Source: an uncultured Acidobacteriota bacterium
Lineage (GTDB): Bacteria; Acidobacteriota; Terriglobia; UBA7540
Length of the DNA stretch: 64,000 nt
Direction of reading: 5' to 3'
Assembly: GCA_963804995.1 (NCBI GenBank)
Contig: CAWDSK010000006.1
Span: 1,440,001-1,504,000 of the forward strand
The translations under genes and the position numbers were made by a program. Shown piece by piece: positions 29,348-40,081 of the stretch (its first letter is position 1; each line of letters opens with the position of its first letter). The notes beneath the pieces were generated by a model. That model was not told the origin of the DNA. It saw only the letters and a list, made by a program, of their open reading frames with translations, and did no database searches.

Positions 29348-31140
29348 GGGATAACCTCTAGCGTCCCACCGTCACATTGAGCAAGTTTCTGCCTGCTTTC
29401 TTTCGAGGGGAGAACGATGCAGCCGGCGGACGCCTTACCTGTTGGATCAGTGTCGCCATGGATCATGAATGAACGCGTCGCGCCGCTACGACCGGGTGGG
29501 ATGAGAACGTCGCCGGTTGCTGTTAAGTCAAATTGAGGATTCCCCGCGTGTCCGTGATAGCCTTTTCCAAAGATCCATGTCCCCATCGGGATGGGACCGC
29601 CTTGAATAGCGGCGCCGTTGGGTGCCACTTTCCCGGGGAGGTCGGTTTCGGCCAGATTGTTCATTGCATAACCATACCCAGAGTATCCATACGTATCGAT
29701 GAAGTAGTAGTCGCCACCTGAGCTAGGCCCGAAGCACTGGATATGTCCAGTCGAGATCGAAAATGTACATCCGCACGATAGACCGAAGGGATCAAGAAAG
29801 AGAACAGGGTTGTTGAATACATACGCATAGAAATTGACATCTCCACTGCGCCATCTGGCTGGATCCTCGCTGAGGAAGCGGCCTGTAGCTGGACCGTAGT
29901 ATCTGGCGCGGTAGTAGTAGAGGCCGGTTTCGGAGTCGAATTCGCGGCCGGTGTACTGGAAGGGATTAGTGACCGTCCCGGTTGAGGCCGTGAGGTTGCC
30001 GAAGGAATCGTACACGTAGCTGGCGGCGAGTTGGCCCGAGCCATCCGTCAGGGAGGTTATAGAGCCCAGGCCGTCCGCGTGGATAGTAAGATGTGCGTAA
30101 GTCCCTGATATATGGCCAGCGGCTCGTCGATGCCTGCGCCTTGCGTGTAGTGGGCCAGCAGGTTGCCTCCTCCGCCCAGTTCCTCAATCATGTTGGCGCC
30201 GTCATAGGCGTAAATCGTGGTGGCGCTGCCGTAAACCTTGCGAATCCTTCGTCCCAAAGGGTCATAGTTGAAATTCACGGTCCCACCGGTTCCCGGCAGG
30301 GTCACGCTGGTGAGGCGGTTCTCGAAATCCCAGGTGTAGTAGGTCGTCCCGGTCGTGTCGGTTTTGCTCAGCGTGTTTCCGTTATTGTCGTACGTGTACG
30401 TGGCGGCGGAGGTGGAGGTGAGCTCGTTCGAAGCGTTGTAGTTGTACGACGTGGGTCCGGCCGAGGTCAGCCGATTGCCCACCGCGTCGTAGGTGTAGCC
30501 CTCCGCCAAGTTGCCTCCCACCACCGCCTGCGTCAACTCGTAGATGTAGTCATAGCTGTAATTGGAGGTCACCGAAACGGGATTGGGGTTCGCCTGCTGG
30601 ACGGCCGTCTTGCTGGTGCGGTTCCCCGCCGCGTCGTAAGTGTAGCCGGCGCTCCCCGGCAGGTAGCCTCCGAGGACGCCGAGCCGGCGCGAAAAGGAGC
30701 GTAGCGCGGACCTCCGATTTTGAGGTCCGCGGCTCTTCCTGCGAAAAATCTCAGACCTCTGCTCCCCTCCGATTCGGTAGCGTGAACTTAACGAAGAACC
30801 GCAGACCTCAAAAGCGGAGGTCTGCGCTACCACACCATTCGGCCGCGTCAGGGAAGTCCGGCGCCCCAGATTGTCGTAACTGAAGGTGTATGTGCCGGAG
30901 GGGGCCGTGACCTGCGTCAGGCGGCTCAGCAGGTCGTAACTGTAATTGACTGCCCGGGAATTCGGAAGGGTCTTGCTGGTCAGGCGATAGAGGGCGTTCC
31001 TTCGACTGCGCTCAGGACAGGCTCCGCCATAGCTGATCGTTTGCAGCTTGCGGTCCGTCTTGGTCAGCAGATTGTTCATCGCGTCATAAGTGTAACTCTC
31101 GCTGAGCGTCGAGGGGAAGGTGATAACCCGCCCCAGAGCG
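29344..31140 (-). pseudogene. Truncated, frameshifted RHS toxin with C-terminal Tlde1 (DUF2778)-like domain
   Basis: YD repeats, YTGREFDSETGLYYYRARYY core, DPFGL cleavage motif, then GYSG...GPIPMGTW...FMIHGD...SAGCIV; frameshift at ~30085-30100; 5' part missing. Confidence 0.85.
30701..30830. repeat. GTAGCGC REP doublet inside the RHS reading frame
   Basis: Same family as 7704-7849 and 9915-10054. Confidence 0.88.
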
Positions 31141-31224
31141 TCTCCGTGACCTCTGTGTGAAAGCTCTTCGGGACGCAGAGGACACAGAGAAATGTTTGCT
31201 AAAGAAACAAGCATTCACGGTATG

Positions 31225-31392
31225 GCATGGCAGACCCCCGATTTGGGGGCCCGTGGAACTTCGGTAGAAAGTGCTGCCTGGACGCATCATGGCGCTACGC
31301 TTCCTCACCTCTATTGTGCTCCCAACTGACTGGGCTATGTCAATAGGCAATGTACGCTTTTGGGCTACCGGTAGCCCAAAAATGAAATAGAT
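31225..31392 (-). repeat. ~160-bp promoter-like dispersed repeat, copy B
   Basis: Alignment with copies A and C. Confidence 0.88.
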
Positions 31393-31478
31393 CGGACAAC
31401 TCGCCCGTTTGATGCAGCGCTGACCAGTTTTTCACGCCCCTTCCTGGTGGCTAGTGTATGCTTCGCGGCATCGGGCAG

Positions 31479-31689
31479 CTAGTGTGGTGTCCCGTGCTAG
31501 AGTTGACAATGGGTAGAACCCCCTCACCCGTCTGGCATCGGCTGATGAGAACGCCTCGGCCAGCCACCCTCTCCCCCAAAGGGGCGAGGGCAAGAAAATT
31601 AACTCTCCCCTCGCCCCTTTGGGGGAGAGGGGCTGGGGGGTGAGGGGGTCGGACAGCCTTGTCAAATATTAACCGGGACACCACACTAG
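31479..31689. mobile_element. CTAG-bounded MITE (copy 2)
   Basis: Near-identical to 11916-12124. Confidence 0.9.
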
Positions 31690-31719
31690 AATGACGCGCC
31701 GTTCGAGGAGCCCGTTCTG

Positions 31720-32583
31720 ATGCGTCTGGTTTACACTGCGGACCTGCACGGTGATCTCACCCTCTACCGCGCCGCGGGTGAGGCGGCGGTCCGGCTGCGG
31801 GCCGACGCACTGATTTTCGGTGGTGACCTTTGCCCCGGCACGCCTTCGGGTGCCTCTCTGCGCCTGCCGATCAACCAGCCGGAGTTCATCCTGTACCAGC
31901 TTTCGCCGCTCATTTACGAGTGGAAGGAGGCACATCCTACCCTGCGCGTGTTCGCGATCCCGGGCAACGACGACTGCCAGACCGTTCTGCCCGCGCTCGA
32001 AGAGCTCGAAATGAATGAGCTGATTGAAAACCTGCATCAGGAATCAAGGAAGCTGGGCGCCTACACGCTGGTGGGCCTTTCCTTCGTGCCGCCCACGCCC
32101 TTTCAGTTGAAGGATTTTGAGCGCTGGGACGGAAAGCAAGAGCATGGCGCCGACTTGTATTCCTATCGTTGCATAATGGGAACGCCGCGCGGCTTCGAAG
32201 TGATCGAGGATTTTGAATCGTATCTGGATTCCTTGCCCAGCCTTGAGGAAGAGCTCCGGCGGCTTCCCGTGGCCGACCCTGCGCACACCCTCGCCGTGAT
32301 CCACGCGCCACCCTTTGACACTCGATGCGATGTGCTATTCGACGGCCGCCACATTGGGAGCAAGGCGGTCCGCCGTTGGATTGAGAAACACCAGCCAGTC
32401 TTGAGCCTGCACGGTCATATCCACGAGAGCCCGAAGCTTTCCAAAAGCTTCTTCGACCGGATTGGGACAACGACCGTCATTAATCCAGGCTGCGACCACC
32501 GCACGCCACATCTGGTTTTCATCGACCTCAACAACCTCACCGAACTGGAACATACCGTATACGGCAAGGAAGCTGTGCAATAA
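31720..32583 (+). CDS. Calcineurin-like metallophosphoesterase
   Basis: ADLHG, GGD, PGNDD, HAPP, HGHIHE. Confidence 0.92.
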   Translation: MRLVYTADLHGDLTLYRAAGEAAVRLRADALIFGGDLCPGTPSGASLRLPINQPEFILYQLSPLIYEWKEAHPTLRVFAIPGNDDCQTVLPALEELEMNELIENLHQESRKLGAYTLVGLSFVPPTPFQLKDFERWDGKQEHGADLYSYRCIMGTPRGFEVIEDFESYLDSLPSLEEELRRLPVADPAHTLAVIHAPPFDTRCDVLFDGRHIGSKAVRRWIEKHQPVLSLHGHIHESPKLSKSFFDRIGTTTVINPGCDHRTPHLVFIDLNNLTELEHTVYGKEAVQ

Positions 32584-32643
32584 GGGTCTCCGCCTTCTCT
32601 GCAAAGGAGTAGGGAATCTGCGGCGAGGGTACGTTGGCGCTCC

Positions 32644-33033
32644 TCACACCGCAGCCTGGACATCCGTCTTCTTGAAATCCTGCCCCTTGAATAACAGGGG
32701 TTCTCCCGTGACCTTGGCGAGCGCGTAGGCGAAGCAATCTCCAAAATTCAGCGCGGCCGGGTGACGCCCCTTCCCGAAATCTGAGTAGGCTTGCCTGGCG
32801 ACATGCGCCTGCTCTTCCGTGACCGGCTCGATGACGATCCCGGCGCGCCGGAAGAAGGCGTCGAATTGGCGGCTGCCTCCCTCTCGCGTTTGAGCTTCGA
32901 CCACGATCGCGGCTTCCACGAAGCTGACGGCCGAAATCCGGCGCGATTCCGCCTCGCTAATGGCGCGTGCGTACGCCTTGGCGTCGTCTTCTTGGAACAG
33001 GATCGCGAGAACCGCGGAAGTGTCCAAAATCAT
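32644..33033 (-). CDS. vapC: VapC PIN toxin
   Basis: MILDTSAVLAIL...GKGRHPAALNFGDCFAYA...LLFKGQDF. Confidence 0.95.
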   Translation of the reverse strand: MILDTSAVLAILFQEDDAKAYARAISEAESRRISAVSFVEAAIVVEAQTREGGSRQFDAFFRRAGIVIEPVTEEQAHVARQAYSDFGKGRHPAALNFGDCFAYALAKVTGEPLLFKGQDFKKTDVQAAV

Positions 33034-33281
33034 CGCGGTAACCCCCGATCATCGTAGAGTAGGGTCGCGTGGTCAACGGTGGGGCCTTTCAGGGCGTTCG
33101 CGCAACGCCGCCCAATGGCTAGAAGCTCCGCCATTGTCGCCTCCGGCTTGTGGCGTTTCCTAACTCGTTCCAAGCGTTCACGCAGGGACTCGGTGACGGC
33201 ACGCGTCATCGTCTCGCCGGTCTCCTGTGCGAGGGCTTTGGCCAGTTTGTGGGCTTCCCGGTCCTTGATGTTCAGGGGCAC
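33030..33281 (-). CDS. vapB: VapB antitoxin (Rv0623-like)
   Basis: LNIKDREAHKLAKALAQETGETMTRAV...LLYDDRGLPR; ATGA overlap. Confidence 0.92.
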   Translation of the reverse strand: MPLNIKDREAHKLAKALAQETGETMTRAVTESLRERLERVRKRHKPEATMAELLAIGRRCANALKGPTVDHATLLYDDRGLPR

Positions 33282-33621
33282 CTTTGATATCCTCCTAGGT
33301 AGAAAAATATCTACCACTCTTTACTATACATCCACCGCACATCCCTGGAAAGCAGTTTCTTCGGAACGTTGGCTCAACTTACTATTCCGTGTTTTACGGA
33401 AAACATTCTCAAGCCAAAGGAGACAAGTGTCGCTCAAGCCCTGGCTCTCCCGCGATGATCGCCCATTGCGTCATAAACCCCAACCCTCCCCTGCCCATGA
33501 GGCGCGATGCCATGCCCTAGAAGGCATGTAACCATCTGAAACAAAGATAGTTAAGGCAACATCGACCGTTGGCCGTTTAGCTGCTGGTCCAGGTTACCGG
33601 CGAGGTGTCAGCTCTTCAGCC

Positions 33622-35301
33622 ATGACCCAGCAAAAGCTTCCCAAGCTCCGCAGGCTGTCGCAGATTCTGTTTCTGCTCTTCTTTCTCTTTCTGCTTCTCA
33701 AAACGGAATACCGCGGCTCGCTGCGCGCCGTGCCGGGCGATATACGGCTTCCTTACCCGGTGAGTTTCTTCCTCGAACTCGACCCATTGGCGGCAGTCAC
33801 GAGTGCGCTCGCGAGTCACACGCTTTACCGCGGCCTTCTCTGGAGTCTCGCCATTCTCATTCCTACTCTATTCCTGGGCCGCTTCTTCTGCGGTTGGATT
33901 TGCCCGCTGGGGACTCTCCATCACTTCCTGGGCAGTTGGAAGTCGGAGCGCAAGCGCGGTCCTCAGCGCCTCGATCGAAACCGCTACAAGAAATGGCAAA
34001 CCTGGAAGTATTACCTGCTGATTGCAGGGCTCGTCGCGGCGCTCTTCGGCAGCGGTGTGGTGGGAATCCTGGATCCCCTTTCGTTCCTCGTGCGGTCGCT
34101 GGGGGAGGCGATATTTCCCGGTTTGAATTACGGGTTGACGGCGGCGCTGGCAGCGGTTCATCACTCATCGGTCGCGCCCCTGCGAACCGCCGGGAACATC
34201 GCGCAACTCATCCTGAATGAAACCCTACTCAGTTTCCGGCAGGCGCATTTTCGCCAGGAGTTCTTCCTCGCCGCGATTTTCATTGCCATTCTCGTGCTCA
34301 ACCTGCGCATCACGCGTTTCTGGTGCCGCGCCCTGTGCCCCTTGGGAGCTTTGCTGGGCATCGTCTCGCGCTGGTCGATTCTGGGCCTCGAGAAACACCC
34401 CAGCCATTGCGACGACTGCAACCTCTGTTTGCTGCATTGCCAGGGCGGCGACGACCCGCTTCCCAACTCGAAGTGGCGGAAGGCGGAATGCCACCTCTGC
34501 TTCAACTGCGTGGGCGAATGTCCGGAAAGTGGACTCCGCTTCAAGTTCTTCCCGATGACGCCTACCACGACCGATGGTCCCAACTTGCAGCGGCGGCGTG
34601 CCCTCACAGGTGTTGCGGCCGGCGCCGCCTTGTTGCCCATTCTGCGCAGCACGCCGGGATTCGCGGTGGCCAACGACCCGCGCTTGATCCGCCCGCCCGG
34701 GGCCCTCGACGAGAAAAGCTTCCTGGCGCGCTGCATTCACTGCGGGGAGTGCATGAAGGTGTGCCCGAACAACGCCCTCCAGCCGGCGGGGCTCGAAGCG
34801 GGGCTGGAAGGCTTGTGGACGCCCGTGCTCACGCCGCGCATCGGCTACTGCGAACCCAGTTGTGTGCTGTGCGGGCAGGTGTGCCCGACGGGCGCTATCT
34901 GGGAAATTACCCAAGCCGAAAAGGCCTGGCTGCCCGCGAGCGCCGCTCGGGATTCCAAGCCTGTTCGGGTGGGTACGGCTTTCTACGACCGCGGCCACTG
35001 CCTGCCCTGGGCGATGGCGACGGAATGCATCGTGTGCGAAGAGTGGTGCCCCACCTCTCCTAAAGCGATTTACCTTCGCCCGGCGGATGTGACCGACGCC
35101 GCGGGGATCGCCAGGCAGGTCCGCCAGCCCTACGTCGATCCCGACCGCTGCGTGGGGTGCGGAGCCTGCGAGTTTGCCTGCCCTGTCAAGGACCAGCCGG
35201 CCGTCTACGTCACCAGCATTGGCGAGACCCGGTCGAAAACCAACCAGATTCTGCTGAACCGAGATGCCGCCGGCCCGTCGCAAAGGAGTGACAAACCATG
35301 A
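33622..35301 (+). CDS. Membrane polyferredoxin (NapH/MauN-like plus NapG/MauM-like fusion)
   Basis: FCGWICPLG, WCRALCPLG, RPPGA, multiple CxxCxxCxxxCP motifs. Confidence 0.9.
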   Translation: MTQQKLPKLRRLSQILFLLFFLFLLLKTEYRGSLRAVPGDIRLPYPVSFFLELDPLAAVTSALASHTLYRGLLWSLAILIPTLFLGRFFCGWICPLGTLHHFLGSWKSERKRGPQRLDRNRYKKWQTWKYYLLIAGLVAALFGSGVVGILDPLSFLVRSLGEAIFPGLNYGLTAALAAVHHSSVAPLRTAGNIAQLILNETLLSFRQAHFRQEFFLAAIFIAILVLNLRITRFWCRALCPLGALLGIVSRWSILGLEKHPSHCDDCNLCLLHCQGGDDPLPNSKWRKAECHLCFNCVGECPESGLRFKFFPMTPTTTDGPNLQRRRALTGVAAGAALLPILRSTPGFAVANDPRLIRPPGALDEKSFLARCIHCGECMKVCPNNALQPAGLEAGLEGLWTPVLTPRIGYCEPSCVLCGQVCPTGAIWEITQAEKAWLPASAARDSKPVRVGTAFYDRGHCLPWAMATECIVCEEWCPTSPKAIYLRPADVTDAAGIARQVRQPYVDPDRCVGCGACEFACPVKDQPAVYVTSIGETRSKTNQILLNRDAAGPSQRSDKP

Positions 35302-35849
35302 GAAAGCGAAACTCGAAACTCGAAATTCGAAATTGGCGCCAATTTTCGAATTTCGATTTTCGAATTTCAGCCGTCATCCTTGTTCTGGCCAGTGCCGTCG
35401 TAAGCTGCCGTTCCAAGGCCCCTGGGGGTGCATCCGATTTCTTTCCGGCCAGCAACGCGGTGACGGGTTGGGTGAAATCCAGCGAAACGCGAACCTTCGA
35501 GGCCAGCCGCCTCTGGGAATACATCGACGGCGATGCTGACAAGTACATTCAAGCCGGCGTTGTGAAGACGCTCACCAGCGACTACCGATTCAACAACAAG
35601 GTTGATGCCACCGCCGACGTCTACGTGATGGCCAAACCCGAAGGCGCGAAGAAGATCTACGATTCCCTGTCGGCTCCGGAAAGCCAACCGCTCGAAGTTG
35701 GCGATGCCGGCAGGATTAACAGGGGCGCCTTGACGTTCCACGAGGGACCATACTTTGTTCGCGTCGTCGCGTTCGAGGATTCGCCGGAGGTTGCGAAGGG
35801 TCTGACCGAATTGGCTCGCGTGGTTAGCAGCGCGCTCAAGGGGAAGTAA
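35298..35849 (+). CDS. Lipoprotein (DUF6599-like)
   Basis: Lipobox VVSC, LWEYIDGDADKY; N-terminus encoded by heptamer repeats. Confidence 0.75.
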   Translation: MRKRNSKLEIRNWRQFSNFDFRISAVILVLASAVVSCRSKAPGGASDFFPASNAVTGWVKSSETRTFEASRLWEYIDGDADKYIQAGVVKTLTSDYRFNNKVDATADVYVMAKPEGAKKIYDSLSAPESQPLEVGDAGRINRGALTFHEGPYFVRVVAFEDSPEVAKGLTELARVVSSALKGK

Positions 35850-35910
35850 AACTCAAAACGCCCTGGCCCTCCTGTTTGGCAGGGGGCTAGGGATCCGCAA
35901 AGGAGGCCTC

Positions 35911-37128
35911 ATGAGTCGGAAAAGCAGAATTGGCCGTCGTGAATTTATCGTCACCTCCGCAGGAGCACTGGCAGCAGGTCTGGGCGCCGCCCGCGGCCGC
36001 GTGCCGGCGAGTGAAATCGAGCAAGCCGCCGCCAAAGTGGGCCGCCTTCCCCAACGCACCCTGGACCGCTCCGGCCGCAAGGTCAGCGTGCTGATCGGGG
36101 CGGGCGACTGGGCGCCCGAAGCACAGGAAGCCGGTGTCTTGTGCGGGATCAATTACTGGCACAAGAGCGATGCGTGGGACCGCCAGTCAGTCCCGCCAGC
36201 GATTCTGAAGAATCGCGAGGCCTTCTACTGCGAGGTGTGCATCGATCGCGCGCGCGGCAACCACGAAACCGGAGTGCTCGATGAGGAAGCCCACTACCAG
36301 TACGTCAAGCAAGCTCTCGAGCGCAGCGGGCTTCGCTACTTCGACGACATGATGTTTCACTTCGGCTACCACTCGACCGCGGAGCTGAAGGGCAATCGGG
36401 CGTTCATTCGGGCCTACGACCGGCTGAAGAAAGAGGGCCTGGTGCGTCACCTGTGCCTTTCACAGCACAGCTACAACGGCAATGCCAAGGTGCCGGGGGG
36501 AGAGGATCGGGCCGTGATCCTGACCGCCGTCGTAGAAGATGACTTGTATGAGCACGCCCAATTTCCCTTTACCTTCGGCGAGGGAGAAGCCCTTAACAAA
36601 TTCGTCAGCTTCGCCAAGACCAAAGGGTTCGGCACCACCGCCATGAAAACCGCGGCAGGCACGGCGCGCATGCAGGCCGATAGTGAGTTCATGAGCAAAT
36701 TCCCGCCGGGAACCACGCCCCACCACGCGCTGGCTCGCTGGCTGACCACCAGCACAGACCTCAGCGCTGCGGTAATTCGGATCCACAACCTTGAGCAATT
36801 CGTCGATACCTACTCGGGGGCCGGCAAGCCGCTGCGGGCCGCCGACGCTCACGCTATCGAGATGATGACGGCATACGCCAATCGTGAAGTCTGCCGGCTG
36901 TGCAACGAGTGCATGAGCCATTGCGCCGAAGGCGTGGCTGTGGCCGACATTCTGCGCTACGAGCGCTATGCCGTCGACTACGGTGATCGCGAGGGTGCGC
37001 GCCGGCTATACGCGCAGCTCGATAAACAGGCTGACGCCTGCCAGGTCTGCGGCACTTGCCTGCCGCATTGCCCGCAAGGAATGAAGATCCCAGCCAAGCT
37101 CCGAGACACTCATCGCCTGCTTAGCTAG
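35911..37128 (+). CDS. Tat-signal aldo/keto-reductase-like protein with C-terminal 4Fe-4S dicluster
   Basis: GRREFI, AMKT, CRLCNECMSHC, CQVCGTCLPHCP. Confidence 0.88.
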   Translation: MSRKSRIGRREFIVTSAGALAAGLGAARGRVPASEIEQAAAKVGRLPQRTLDRSGRKVSVLIGAGDWAPEAQEAGVLCGINYWHKSDAWDRQSVPPAILKNREAFYCEVCIDRARGNHETGVLDEEAHYQYVKQALERSGLRYFDDMMFHFGYHSTAELKGNRAFIRAYDRLKKEGLVRHLCLSQHSYNGNAKVPGGEDRAVILTAVVEDDLYEHAQFPFTFGEGEALNKFVSFAKTKGFGTTAMKTAAGTARMQADSEFMSKFPPGTTPHHALARWLTTSTDLSAAVIRIHNLEQFVDTYSGAGKPLRAADAHAIEMMTAYANREVCRLCNECMSHCAEGVAVADILRYERYAVDYGDREGARRLYAQLDKQADACQVCGTCLPHCPQGMKIPAKLRDTHRLLS

Positions 37129-37341
37129 TGTGGTGTCCCGCGTAATATTTGACGATGGCATATTGCACGGACCCCCTCACCCCCGGGCCCCTCTCCCCCA
37201 AGGGGGCGAGGGGAGGGTTGACTTTACTGCCCTCGCCCCCTTGGGGGAGAGGGTGGCTCGGCGAGGCGTTTCCATCAGCCGAGGCGAGACGGGTGAGGGG
37301 GTCTCGCCTATTGTCAACTCTAATATGGGACACCACACTAG
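37125..37341. mobile_element. CTAG-bounded MITE (copy 3, inverted, diverged)
   Basis: CTAGTGTGGTGTCCC...GGGACACCACACTAG. Confidence 0.88.
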
Positions 37342-37528
37342 AAGTAAGCTCTCACAACCCAGGGGGCGAGCAGAATCCTACCTGCCCCACCGCTCCCGCC
37401 GAATCAGACCTGCATCAGACTGAATTGACTTCTCCCCATGCCTCGGCTAGGCTGGAAATCTGGGCGAATCTCTGAATGATGCGCTGGCCGCAGTGGCGAA
37501 ATCGGACAACTGTAGACCCAAAGAGAAG

Positions 37529-38711
37529 ATGAAAAGAGTTTACCTCGACAACAACGCCACCACCCCCCTCGCGCCGGAAGTGTTTGAGGCGATGCGGCCA
37601 TATTGGCTTGAGGACTACGGCAACGCCTCGTCGATTCACTGGTACGGGCAGCGCGCCAAGGCCGCCCTGGAGAAAGCGCGTGAGCAGGTAGCGCGATTGC
37701 TCAAGGCGCGGCCGAGTGAGATCGTTTTCACCAGCGGCGGGACGGAATCCGACAACGCTGCCCTTTTCGGCATCGTTGAGGCAGCGCGCGGCGAGCACAA
37801 GCATGTGGTCACGACAGCTATCGAGCACCACGCAGTGCTGAACGCAGCGAAGGCGATTGAGAAGCGCGGCGTGAGCGTGACCTACGTGCGAGTGGGCGCG
37901 GGCGGTGTCGTTGATCCTGCCGAGGTCGAACGTGCGCTGCGGCCGGAAACTGTGTTGATCAGCGTGATGCACGCGAACAACGAGCTTGGAACAATTCAGC
38001 CGCTCGAGGAAATCGGCCGCCTGGCGCGCGAGCGCGACATCTACTTTCACACCGACGCGGTGCAGAGCGTGGGCAAGATTCCCGTGGACGTGGAGCGGCT
38101 GGGCGTGGACCTGCTCTCACTCTCCGCGCACAAGCTGTACGGGCCGAAAGGCGTGGGCGCGTTGTACATTCGCAAGGGAACGATCCTGCGGCCCCTGATG
38201 CACGGCGGCCATCACGAGCGCGACCGGCGGCCGGGCACGGAGAACGTGGCGGGCATCGTTGGGCTGGGCGCGGCCGCAGAACTGGCCCTCGCAGATCTGC
38301 CGGAAGAATCCGAACACGTAGCGGCGTTGCGCGATTGCCTGGAAGCGGGGATTCTTGAGAGTGTGCCGCTGGGTGACCGTGAACGGCGATCGCACGCGGC
38401 GTCTGCCCACCACCACCAACCTGGCATTTGACTACATCGAGGGCGAAGGGTTTGTGATCGCCATGGACCTGCGGGGCATCGCTTGCTCGACGGGCGCGGC
38501 GTGCTCGTCGGGATCGCTCGAGCCCTCACATGTGCTTTCGGCCATCGGCCTTAAGCCCGAGCAGGCGCGTGCCAGCATCCGCTTCAGCCTGGGACGCTTC
38601 ACCACGTCAGAAGACATCAAAACCACGCTCCACATCTTGCCTGCCATGGTGGAACAACTGCGCTCCGTCTCGCCACATTATCGAAGTGCAGTGACGAGTG
38701 ACAAGCCATGA
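37529..38711 (+). CDS. iscS: Cysteine desulfurase IscS/NifS, split by a +1 frameshift at ~38372
   Basis: YLDNNATTP, FTSGGTES, SAHKLYGPKG; second frame has STGAACSSG; adjacent to mnmA. Confidence 0.88.
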
Positions 38712-38843
38712 AAGGCCGAAATTCGAAAATCGAAACTCTGAAGATCGGGGCGAGTTTCGAATTTCGAGTTTCGATTTTCGTCTTTGGGTTGGTTGTCACA
38801 CATCTCTTATCACATAGGGAAAGCCTGAGGGGCATCAAAAGCA

Positions 38844-39989
38844 ATGACCATCGCTGTTGCCATGAGTGGCGGGGTTGATAGCTCGACCGCTGCTGCTCTG
38901 CTTACAGAAAACCATTCGGCCGACCCGGCGGGTGCGTCGCCGGCAGTAGTGGGGCTGACCATGCAGCTCTGGAATCAGCGCCGTCTGCCGCAATTGCTGG
39001 GTCTCGAAGCGGGCGAGGGCGGCCACGCGAGCGGACGCTGCTGCTCGCTCGACGACGTGTACGACGCCCGCGCCGTAGCCAACTTTCTGGGCATTCCTTA
39101 CTATGTCATCAACCTCGAGCAGCAGTTTGAATCGACCGTGGTGCAGCCTTTCGTCCGGCAGTACCTCGCCGGCGAAACACCCATCCCGTGCAGTCGGTGC
39201 AATACGGAAATCAAGTTCGAGCAGTTCATCACGACGGCGCGGCAGATCGGCGCGGACCGCATCGCCACCGGCCACTACGCGCGCATCCGCCAGGACCAGA
39301 GCACCGGCCGCTACCAGCTTTTGCGTGGGGCGGATCGCACCAAGGACCAGGCTTACTTCCTCTTTGGATTGACACAGACGCAACTGGCGCGCTCGGTGTT
39401 TCCGCTGGGTGAATTGAGCAAGCAGGAGGTGCGAGCCATCGCCCGTTCGCGGCGCCTGCCCGTGGCCGAAAAGCCGGAGAGCCAGGAAATCTGCTTTGTG
39501 CCCACGGGCAGTTACCGCGAGTTCATCGACGCCTATCTGGCCGAGCAGCATCGCCAGCCGGAAGCGCAGCCGGGCGAAGTGGTCTCAACCGATGGCCAGG
39601 TGCTGGCCGAGCACCAGGGTGTTCACAACTTTACGGTGGGCCAGCGCAAGGGTCTGGGCGTGGCGGTGGGCGCTCCACTCTACGTGATTGCGCTCGACCC
39701 GGCAAAGAATCGCGTCGTGGTGGGCGAAGACCGCGAACTGTTCCACAACCGCTTCCGGGTCCGTGAGGTGAACTGGATTCGGCCGCTCGCGCCGGGTGAC
39801 GCCGTGGAAGCGCACGTGAAGATCCGTCACAACCACCCTGGCTCTGCGGCGAGGGTCGAAGCGCAGGCAGGTTCAGAGGCTTCGGTCGAGTTCATCGAGC
39901 CGCAGCGCGCCATCACTCCAGGCCAAGCTGCAGTTTTCTATGATGGGGATGAAGTGCTGGGCGGCGGGTGGATTTCACACGTCCCTTAA
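38844..39989 (+). CDS. mnmA: tRNA 2-thiouridylase
   Basis: [38 protein letters not shown]. Confidence 0.97.
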   Translation: MTIAVAMSGGVDSSTAAALLTENHSADPAGASPAVVGLTMQLWNQRRLPQLLGLEAGEGGHASGRCCSLDDVYDARAVANFLGIPYYVINLEQQFESTVVQPFVRQYLAGETPIPCSRCNTEIKFEQFITTARQIGADRIATGHYARIRQDQSTGRYQLLRGADRTKDQAYFLFGLTQTQLARSVFPLGELSKQEVRAIARSRRLPVAEKPESQEICFVPTGSYREFIDAYLAEQHRQPEAQPGEVVSTDGQVLAEHQGVHNFTVGQRKGLGVAVGAPLYVIALDPAKNRVVVGEDRELFHNRFRVREVNWIRPLAPGDAVEAHVKIRHNHPGSAARVEAQAGSEASVEFIEPQRAITPGQAAVFYDGDEVLGGGWISHVP

Positions 39990-40081
39990 ACTCGCAGGCT
40001 TGCGCTGTCGACTCGCCTACTCTTGGCGACAAATGAGCGACAACTCCCCACCTGCCGCACGGCCAAGCGCCGCTGAGAGCG

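Noticed and set aside
38355..38431. Programmed frameshift in iscS
   Set aside because: No slippery heptamer or stimulatory structure; one of several similar indels
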